Origin: Blastocatellia bacterium
Lineage (GTDB): Bacteria > Acidobacteriota > Blastocatellia > RBC074
Reading direction: 5' to 3'
DNA: 64,000 bases
NCBI GenBank assembly: GCA_035429885.1
Contig: DAOMFR010000019.1
Coordinates: 67-64,066, forward strand
A program made the translations under genes and the position numbers. Shown in pieces: positions 28,406-35,682 of the stretch (the first letter of the stretch is position 1; the number at the start of each line of letters is the position of its first letter). The notes under the pieces were generated by a model. The model saw only the letters and a program-made list of their open reading frames with translations, made no database searches and was not told where the DNA came from.

Positions 28406-30844
28406 CTACCTCGCCAGAAAATAAATCACTTGAATGATGTGGACGATCATCAATGCCAGCATCAGCGACGTGACCAGCACGTGCGGAGCCAGCCAGAGTT
28501 TCAGCAATTGATGGAGATAGATTAAGGCGTCCACTCTGCGTATGGTTGCAGCCATCTCAATGCCTTTGAGTAGTCGTTCGCGTTCGCCGTCAGTCATGCC
28601 TTGGCCAATGGCCGCGAATTCAGTTTTGATATTTGCCAGCATTTCATCCAGCGACTCTCGTCTCAAATATTGGCGCAGCAAAAAACTCAGGGAAATGGTG
28701 CGCGGAACGACTTGCTTCTGGATCGTCAGCCGGACGTTGGGAGTGACTTTGGCCATCAGTTCGCCAAGCTCGTGACTCAACTCCTCGCGGCGGGCGGTCA
28801 GGTCTTCGATCAACAGCGGCTGGCCTTCGATTCGAGTCAGCATTCGCGGAGCTATGAAGTAAATCAAAATGCCGAACAAGCCGGTTAAGATCACAAGGTC
28901 AAACGAGACCATTAACGCCGTAGTCAGCAGGCCGCCGGAATCCGAGCCTCCGTGCAGCAGCAATACGATTCCGGCGATGACGCCCAGATAGCTATGAGCC
29001 AACATCCAGTATCGCAAGGCTCCGGCGCGTTTACGGTAAATCTGCCGTCGAATAGGATAAGCCATCACTCCCGCGATGCCGATCAGCCCAATAGCGCCAG
29101 TCAACCAACGCATGTCCAGCCACGATCCGATCAACGGAGTTTCCAATCCATAACGCATCATTCCGGCCAGCGTCAGCAATGTCAGGATCAACGTGGCAAA
29201 CAAGCCAAAGGCATGCATCAATCGTTTGCCGAAATCTTTATGCGAGGTATGGCGGGCGACGACGTGCGTGGAATCGCGAAAGATCGTGCCTTCAGCTTCT
29301 TTGATTTCAGAAAAGTAAATGTGCGGATCCACTCTCAGCAACGCGCCGGTCGGACAGTTTTCTTCGCAACTGTATGCCTTGCGTTTGGTGCCCGGAGGGT
29401 TAAGCGGCGTGTTTTGGCAGAGATTGCACTTTACAGCCAGCAAATCTTCCGTTTGTTCAACGGCCGGTGGCAGCGGGGATGGTTTCAGGTCGAACCAGCC
29501 TTGGCTGGTTAAGGCCGGAGCCGGTTTTCGACTCACCATCGAAATTGCATTGTACGGGCATTGCGTCGCGCAATCGCCACAACCGATGCAGCTTTTGGGA
29601 TCAATGTCCACTTGACCACCTGGGAAGCGGCCAATTGCTCCCGTCGGGCAACCTGTCAAACATTCAGGGTCCTGACAGTGCATGCAAACCGAAGGCGAAA
29701 GCAAACTTTGGAAACTGGATTTCGGTTCTACTTTGACCGGGCGTTCAACGTGTATGCCTCTGCGCAGCAATCGCGATTGCCCATGCACCTGGTGACACGC
29801 CATGGAGCAATTGCCGCAACGCACACACATCTCCATATCCATCACCAGCAAATTTGTGCCATCAACCAGCCCGGTTTCGATCAACGATTCTTGAGCAATG
29901 GCGACCGGCAACGGTTGCCGGCCTTCGTTGGGATTGTCCGGCGCGGCCATTCCGGTAAACGCCAGCAACAGGATTTCACGCAATTCCGGATGTTTGCGCA
30001 GATCGGCCAACGAAATTTCCAGCACTTCGGCGCGCCCCATCAATGTGCAAGTCTGTTCCCAATTCCCATCGCGAGTGATCGCTTCGACGCCGAAACTATG
30101 CGACGGGCCGAAATAAGCTTCCGTGGCTTTGGCGTTCCAATTTCGCGGCTTGATTTCTTCGGGTGTCAGTTGGCGCGTGACGGTTCGCGGAGTGACTTTG
30201 GCCCAGCCGGATTTCAGCACGAACAGATTTTTCATCGGATCGCCCGCGCGAAAGAGCACGTGGTTTTTGCCAAAGACTTTGAATTGCGAGATGGCTTCAA
30301 GCTGGCTAACAGCTTCTTTGCTGAGTTGAGTTGCCGCGGCGATGTCCTGAATGGTGGTTGCGCGTCCGTTGCGACGATACGTGGAATCCAGCACTTCGCC
30401 GAATTTGGGAAGTTTGCGCAATAACCGAAGCGCAGGCCGCTGAATTTCCAACACCTGAACCGGTTTGTCTTTGGGCGCGCGAATGGTTGCTGACCGCTGG
30501 ACGCCGGCCAGCACAGACATTTCGCCGAACTGCACTCCGGCGGGAATCTCTGCCACCTTGTTTTGGCCATTGTCGAAGAGCACATCGGCGGTACCGCTGA
30601 CGACGATGAAAAATGAATTGCCTCCCCATTCGCCTTCGCGGACAATTTCTTCGCCCGGCATATAGGTCAGCAAGCGAACGTATGGGCCGACTTTCTTGCC
30701 GTTGTAATTGCGTCCATAAACAATCACTTCCAGGTCAAGTTCGTAATCGTAATGGCCGTCGTGCTGAGATGTCAGATCGGCGATGGCGCCAATGCTTTCA
30801 ATTGCAGCCAGCACGTCTTTGTGCTTAAGAGTCTCTTCAGGCAT
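28406..30844 (-). CDS. cNMP-binding (x2) / four-cluster 4Fe-4S ferredoxin / 5-TM putative di-heme b membrane protein
   Basis: First cNMP domain has an intact phosphate-binding cassette (FGEMSVLAGVQRSATIRA). The second is degenerate. Four Cys groups follow a DmsB/NrfC-like pattern (CVRCGNCSMAC, CMHCQDPECLTGCP, CIGCGDCATQCP, CNLCQ...CEENCP). The C-terminal part has five hydrophobic helices with H617-x13-H631 and H788-x13-H802. Confidence 0.75.
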   Translation of the reverse strand: MPEETLKHKDVLAAIESIGAIADLTSQHDGHYDYELDLEVIVYGRNYNGKKVGPYVRLLTYMPGEEIVREGEWGGNSFFIVVSGTADVLFDNGQNKVAEIPAGVQFGEMSVLAGVQRSATIRAPKDKPVQVLEIQRPALRLLRKLPKFGEVLDSTYRRNGRATTIQDIAAATQLSKEAVSQLEAISQFKVFGKNHVLFRAGDPMKNLFVLKSGWAKVTPRTVTRQLTPEEIKPRNWNAKATEAYFGPSHSFGVEAITRDGNWEQTCTLMGRAEVLEISLADLRKHPELREILLLAFTGMAAPDNPNEGRQPLPVAIAQESLIETGLVDGTNLLVMDMEMCVRCGNCSMACHQVHGQSRLLRRGIHVERPVKVEPKSSFQSLLSPSVCMHCQDPECLTGCPTGAIGRFPGGQVDIDPKSCIGCGDCATQCPYNAISMVSRKPAPALTSQGWFDLKPSPLPPAVEQTEDLLAVKCNLCQNTPLNPPGTKRKAYSCEENCPTGALLRVDPHIYFSEIKEAEGTIFRDSTHVVARHTSHKDFGKRLMHAFGLFATLILTLLTLAGMMRYGLETPLIGSWLDMRWLTGAIGLIGIAGVMAYPIRRQIYRKRAGALRYWMLAHSYLGVIAGIVLLLHGGSDSGGLLTTALMVSFDLVILTGLFGILIYFIAPRMLTRIEGQPLLIEDLTARREELSHELGELMAKVTPNVRLTIQKQVVPRTISLSFLLRQYLRRESLDEMLANIKTEFAAIGQGMTDGERERLLKGIEMAATIRRVDALIYLHQLLKLWLAPHVLVTSLMLALMIVHIIQVIYFLAR

Positions 30845-31096
30845 AGGGTTTTTTGATACTGCCAGTCTTCAGGATGCGCGTGGATTTAATTGAAACAACG
30901 ATGGCTCATGTTTAGAGCCTTCAACCGGGTTAGTCAATCGAATAGTCCGGCTAGAATTGCAAAGACAACAGAAAGTTGTTGCCTTTATTAAAACTCTTGT
31001 GTGATAGTCCACTCGTTCTCAGCTTCCGATCTTTTCCCCCAGAAAATCAGTCAACCAAAAGTTCAAACTCGGCGAACGCCGAAGAGGAGAAAATCC

Positions 31097-32485
31097 ATGC
31101 CAAGCAAAAAAGCTAAAACCAAATCGTCCACCAAATTCGCGCAAATTCCCGCTCGAACTCACGCAAAAGAAGACCGAAAAGAGTTCATGCCCGGCACGCT
31201 TGTCGTGCGTTGCAAACCGGACGTCGTCAACAACGTCCCAGATGTCGGCGAGGCGAGCGTTGCTTCCGTGTCATCGTTCCGGTTACCCGAAGTCGTTGAA
31301 AGCCCATTTGATTTTTTGCGTCAAAACGGATTGCTGCGTGAAGTCGTTCCGGTATTTTCACGAATGATGGCCGGACGCGCTCTGGGAGTTGCGCCTGCCT
31401 CCACCGCCGCTTCATTCGCCTTAAGCGTCCGCGATTCGGAAGAAGATGATTTGAAAGGGGTGAACGTGCTTCGACTGGCCAAGCACGCCGATTTGAAAAA
31501 GATTGAAAAAGAGCTCAACAACACGCCGGGCATTGAATACGCGCATCGTTTTCCGGCACGTTGGATGAATGCGGCGACGGCGAAAATGAGCACTACCGAC
31601 GAATTTCTGGCTCAGCAATGGGGGCTGAAATCCATTGGCTGGACTGCACTGGACGCACTGCCCAACGCGGCTCAAGTCAATGTCGCTGTGCTGGATACCG
31701 GAATTGACATGACTCATCCCGAACTGAAAAACATCGTCGCTTCTTACATTCATGACGGAGCCGGTTCGACGGACATCATCGGGCACGGAACTCACGTTGC
31801 CGGAATCATCGCAGCGCAAATTAACAACCGAATTGGCATCGCGGGAATCTGCAAGCCAAATTTGATGATCTGGAAAATCTTTGGTGACACGCCTGATCCA
31901 AAGGACGGTGAAATTTACGTGGACCCGGTCATGTACCAGCGCGCTTTGAACGCTGCCCGGCAAGCCCGCGTTCACGTCGTTAATTTGAGCATCGGCGGCA
32001 CATTCCGCGACCGCACAGAAGAAATGTTGCTGAATCGGTTGATGAATTCCGGCACTCTGGTTGTCGCTGCGATGGGCAATGAATTCGAGGACGGCAATCC
32101 GAAAGAATATCCGGGAGGCTTTCCGGGCGTTTTCGCTGTTGGCGCGACGACCAAAGCCAATGTGCGGGCATCGTTTTCCAACACGGGCAGCCATATAGAC
32201 ATTGCTGCGCCCGGACATCATATCCTTTCGACCTTGCCGCTTCAACCTTCGCTGATGCGCAAAGCCGACGAAACCAATTACGCCAGCTGGAGCGGGACTT
32301 CGATGGCGACGCCTCACGTTACGGCGGCCGCTGCCTTGGTCTTTGCCAAAAATCCAGGCTTTACTGCCAAACAGGTCGGCGACAAGCTGAAGGCCACCGC
32401 CACCAAGCTGGCTGCGATGAAAGGCAAAAAGACGACCAACGAATTTGGTGCCGGTTTACTGAATGTGCTGGCGGCGCTATCCTAA
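31097..32485 (+). CDS. S8 family (subtilisin-like) serine peptidase without an obvious signal peptide
   Basis: Catalytic triad contexts VAVLDTGID, HGTHVAGII and GTSMATPHV. The ATG at 31097 is preceded by GAGGAG. The ORF track begins at an upstream non-ATG codon at 31001. Confidence 0.85.
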   Translation: MPSKKAKTKSSTKFAQIPARTHAKEDRKEFMPGTLVVRCKPDVVNNVPDVGEASVASVSSFRLPEVVESPFDFLRQNGLLREVVPVFSRMMAGRALGVAPASTAASFALSVRDSEEDDLKGVNVLRLAKHADLKKIEKELNNTPGIEYAHRFPARWMNAATAKMSTTDEFLAQQWGLKSIGWTALDALPNAAQVNVAVLDTGIDMTHPELKNIVASYIHDGAGSTDIIGHGTHVAGIIAAQINNRIGIAGICKPNLMIWKIFGDTPDPKDGEIYVDPVMYQRALNAARQARVHVVNLSIGGTFRDRTEEMLLNRLMNSGTLVVAAMGNEFEDGNPKEYPGGFPGVFAVGATTKANVRASFSNTGSHIDIAAPGHHILSTLPLQPSLMRKADETNYASWSGTSMATPHVTAAAALVFAKNPGFTAKQVGDKLKATATKLAAMKGKKTTNEFGAGLLNVLAALS

Positions 32486-32503
32486 AAATCGATTCGCAAA
32501 ACG

Positions 32504-32563
32504 CTGGCAGAAAGATGTGGGCAGAAACATCGGAAAAAGCCTTTTCCACTCCTTTTCTGCCAG
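32504..32563. repeat. Nested hairpin downstream of the S8 gene (possible terminator)
   Basis: CTGGCAGAAAG (32504-32514) pairs with CTTTTCTGCCAG (32552-32563). Inner GGAAAA-AGCC-TTTTCC stem-loop. Confidence 0.35.
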
Positions 32564-32590
32564 CAAATAACCTTATTCGGTAAGGAATTT

Positions 32591-32860
32591 ATGGCGGCGA
32601 CCGAATCAATCAAGTTGAATCTAAAGCTGGCTGCCGGAGCCGGAAAAGGGAAGCTGGACAAGTTGCTGGCAGAAACTCCAGGCATTCAATCCGTGATACA
32701 AACCTTTCCGGACGAAGTCGATGAAGAATTATCGGGGCTGTATATTTTGGAAGTGGAGCTTTCGAAATCTGAAGCCGCGATCAACGCGCTGAGCAAGCAT
32801 TCGGAAATTGATTATGTTGAACCGGCGGCATCGCGTCGGTTGATCCGTAAAACAAAATGA
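32591..32860 (+). CDS. Small hypothetical protein (89 aa), possibly protease pro-region-like
   Basis: Intact ORF. It shares short motifs with the N-terminal pro-region of the adjacent S8 protease (TPGIQ vs TPGIE; IDYVEPAASRR vs IEYAHRFPARW). The function call is inference only. Confidence 0.5.
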   Translation: MAATESIKLNLKLAAGAGKGKLDKLLAETPGIQSVIQTFPDEVDEELSGLYILEVELSKSEAAINALSKHSEIDYVEPAASRRLIRKTK

Positions 32861-33072
32861 AACAACTGTTGCTGATATTTCTGATCGTCGCACTTTACCT
32901 GGTGCATCAAGACTTCTGGTTTTGGAATTCGGCCACGCCGCTGGTCTTTGGATTTCTGCCGATAGGATTGTTTTACCACCTGGTGTACACGTTGGTGATT
33001 TCCGGTGTGATGTGGTTGCTGGTGAAATGGGCGTGGCCGTCCCACCTCGAAGCGGAACACACGGAATCCTAG
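32857..33072 (+). CDS. Small two-TM membrane protein, DUF3311-like
   Basis: ATGA overlap with the upstream ORF. 71 aa with two hydrophobic helices and WNSATPLVFGFLPIGLFYHLVY, reminiscent of DUF3311 proteins. Confidence 0.5.
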   Translation: MKQLLLIFLIVALYLVHQDFWFWNSATPLVFGFLPIGLFYHLVYTLVISGVMWLLVKWAWPSHLEAEHTES

Positions 33073-33090
33073 ACCGGTTTGCTCCACGGA

Positions 33091-33855
33091 TTATTTCTCG
33101 CCCAGCATACGAATTGGTTTGGGCAGGCGTTTGAGGGCAAACTTCTGCACGGCGTGCTGTTCAATATGAGCCATCGCTTCTTCTACCGAATCGGTCAACA
33201 TCAGGAATCTCAAGTCTTCCGGGCTAATGGTTTTCTGCCGGACCATCTCCTCTAAAAAATCATAAAGTTCGTAATAATACTCTTTTCCCATCAACACGAT
33301 GGGAAAGTCTTTGATCTTGTGGGTTTGAATCAGCGTCAAGGCTTCAAACAATTCATCCATCGTGCCGACTCCGCCGGGCAACACGACGAAGGCGTATGAG
33401 TATTTGATCAGCATGACTTTCCGGATGAAGAAGTAGCGAAACTGAATCATCTTATCCAGATAAGGATTGGGCTTTTGCTCGAAAGGGAGCGTGATGTTGC
33501 AGCCGATGGAAGTGCCTTTGGCTTCCCAGGCGCCGCGGTTGGCGGCTTCCATAATTCCGGGGCCGCCTCCGGTCATAACCGTAAATCCCAGATTCGACAA
33601 TGCCGCACCGACTTCGCGCGCAAGTTGGTAGTAAGGATGATCTTCCTTGAACCGCGCCGAACCAAACACTGTCACGCACGGACCGACGAAATGCAGATGG
33701 CGAAACCCGCGAATGAATTCGGCGAGGATGCGAAACACCATCATCGTTTCAGAGCCACGGGATTTGGGTCCTTCCAGGAAGTAACGGTCGCTGCTGGTGT
33801 TTTGGGTCTGATTGGATTGGTTTGCTGAGGGATCGGTTTGGGTTTCGGTAGCCAT
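33091..33855 (-). CDS. LOG family / TIGR00730 Rossmann-fold nucleotide-binding protein
   Basis: VTVFGSARF, GGGPGIMEAANRGA and PGGVGTMDELFE motifs. Confidence 0.9.
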   Translation of the reverse strand: MATETQTDPSANQSNQTQNTSSDRYFLEGPKSRGSETMMVFRILAEFIRGFRHLHFVGPCVTVFGSARFKEDHPYYQLAREVGAALSNLGFTVMTGGGPGIMEAANRGAWEAKGTSIGCNITLPFEQKPNPYLDKMIQFRYFFIRKVMLIKYSYAFVVLPGGVGTMDELFEALTLIQTHKIKDFPIVLMGKEYYYELYDFLEEMVRQKTISPEDLRFLMLTDSVEEAMAHIEQHAVQKFALKRLPKPIRMLGEK

Positions 33856-33858
33856 CGT

Positions 33859-35526
33859 TTATCGCCTTCGAGGTTGTGTGACCGCCAAGCGAGCGTTGAC
33901 CGGCGGTTGAAGGCTAGGCGCAAAATTCGCTCTCAAGCTCTCCGCCTTGTCGTTAACGATCTCACGCACGATAGGCTGGTCGGCAAATTCGATTTTAACA
34001 GGTTGATAAGAAGGCGGGATGTTGCCCAAGCGATTTCGGAATGTCAAAACGGCGATTTGCCGGTTTCCGGTTTCAAAGTGATGACTGGGCGGCAACGCCA
34101 ATACTAACCCAACGAATCCGGTAGAAATCTGGCTGGCATTCACATAGCTCAGCGTATTCGGAATGCTGTCATTTGAAGAGGATAGAAATTCCCATCGTTC
34201 CGCATCGAATCGAAAACTAAACCCAACGGCGTTTTCGATCCCACTGGCTTCGCAGAAAATGCCGACTGAGTTTGGCGATAAGGCTTTGGCGTAAATCGTT
34301 GTTTGGTCGTTGGTAGTCGTTGGGCGGTGGGGGGCGATTGGCAAAAAGCCAACTCCAAACTCCTGGTTTCTAACTCCCAACTCCCAGCTCCCAAATCCCA
34401 ACTCCCAGTTTCCAACTCCCGGTTCCGAGGACTGTTCCAGGTTCATGGCGGGCGCGACGGGGCCGCCTGCGCCGGTCGGTGAATCGAGCGCGGCAGCGTA
34501 ACGCCCGGCTTGCACCCAATCGGTCAAAGTGATTCTTCCATCGCCCAACGTTGCGCGCGGAGCGCAATCTGCTCGCTGGTATTCGTTGCCAGCTGTTACC
34601 ACGTCCAATCCCGAAGCAAAGCGTCCAAGTTGAGTCCAATCGGCGATGGTAATTGTGCCGTTATTGCTTCCGTTCGGGCGTGGAGCCACGTCTGCTTCAA
34701 AGCCTCCGCTGATTGTCAGCGTCAAGGGGTTTGATGTGCCTCCGCCGGGCAGGGGATTGACTGCCGTGATTTTGAATTGTGTGGCAAAAGCCAGATCGCT
34801 GGATGTCAAAGTCGTCGTCACTTGTGTGCTGCTGACAAAATTGGTTGTTCGAGCCGAATTGTTGAACTGAACAATGACACCTTGCAAAAAATTGCTGCCG
34901 TTGACGGTGAGCGTCGGGGTTTGTGTGGTCAAGGGAATGAGGCTTGGCGACAGACTGGTCAAGGTCGGTGCGGGATTCGGGGTTACTGGCGTCGCCAGAT
35001 TGGCGGACGGAATGATTTCGGGCGCGGTTTGTCCGGGCCGAATCCACATCAAGCGAATGACTGCATTGGCCGTCAGCTCGAAGTATTCCAGTCGCAAGTT
35101 GTAGCTTTGACCACCGGTTAAAGCCACGGCAGTGCCTCGGTCTTCAGTTAGCGGATGCGGAGTGAGGTTATCAATGACCAACTGATTGCCCAGCCATAAC
35201 CGAACTCCATCGTCCGATTGCGTGACAAACACATAATTGCCTGTTGTGGGGGGCGTGAGTTGCCCTGTCCAGCGAATGGAAAAGGTTTCAGAATTGATTG
35301 CCGGATCGGGAGCTGAAAATCCAAGGTTGAAATCCACCGTCGCATCGGTGCGAGTAAGCTTCAAGTTGGTGAAATCTTCGTTGTCGAAATATTCGCCGCG
35401 AAGCCCTGCGGCAAGCGTATCGGCGACGGCTGGTTGAAACGGCTTGAGCAACGAAATGGATACCAGACAAGCCAAAATCGCGATAGGAACAAGGCGAGAT
35501 AACAGACGATACTTCTTGTCGAACAT
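33859..35526 (-). CDS. Secreted PA14 domain protein with an IPT-like domain, a dockerin-like repeat pair and a C-terminal cohesin-like domain
   Basis: Signal peptide. PA14 segment (GLRGEYFDNEDFTNLK...FSIRWTGQL). Dockerin-like duplicated segment (ADVAPRPNGSNNGTITIADW...ADCAPRATLGDGRITLTDWVQAGRY). The C-terminal beta domain resembles the C-terminus of the neighbouring 1909-aa protein. Confidence 0.75.
   Translation of the reverse strand: MFDKKYRLLSRLVPIAILACLVSISLLKPFQPAVADTLAAGLRGEYFDNEDFTNLKLTRTDATVDFNLGFSAPDPAINSETFSIRWTGQLTPPTTGNYVFVTQSDDGVRLWLGNQLVIDNLTPHPLTEDRGTAVALTGGQSYNLRLEYFELTANAVIRLMWIRPGQTAPEIIPSANLATPVTPNPAPTLTSLSPSLIPLTTQTPTLTVNGSNFLQGVIVQFNNSARTTNFVSSTQVTTTLTSSDLAFATQFKITAVNPLPGGGTSNPLTLTISGGFEADVAPRPNGSNNGTITIADWTQLGRFASGLDVVTAGNEYQRADCAPRATLGDGRITLTDWVQAGRYAAALDSPTGAGGPVAPAMNLEQSSEPGVGNWELGFGSWELGVRNQEFGVGFLPIAPHRPTTTNDQTTIYAKALSPNSVGIFCEASGIENAVGFSFRFDAERWEFLSSSNDSIPNTLSYVNASQISTGFVGLVLALPPSHHFETGNRQIAVLTFRNRLGNIPPSYQPVKIEFADQPIVREIVNDKAESLRANFAPSLQPPVNARLAVTQPRRR
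34349..34422. repeat. In-frame short tandem repeat (about 6 copies of a CCAACTCC-like unit) inside the PA14 gene
   Basis: Plus strand reads ...ccaactccaaactcc...taactcccaactcccagctcccaaatcccaactcccagtttccaactccc. It is translated on the minus strand as GVGNWELGFGSWELGVRNQEFGVG, in the linker between the dockerin-like and cohesin-like modules. Confidence 0.8.
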
Positions 35527-35682
35527 AACGGTTCCTGTGTTGTTGGGGGGCGGCCGGAAACTAGAACCAATCGGCGGGGCAGTTCAATTGAGAGCGGGCG
35601 CATTATAGCTAACGCTGCTTCCTGTGGCGATGACTTTTTCCTGCGCCCGGGAACCCCAAAAGAGTGAGTTCCCGGGTGCAGA

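Noticed and set aside
34349-34422. The short tandem repeats here and at 36079 and 46058 as a possible CRISPR array or minisatellite locus
   Set aside because: The units are only 7-11 bp with no unique spacers between them. They lie in frame within long ORFs, and no cas genes are present. They are simple repeats, not CRISPR.
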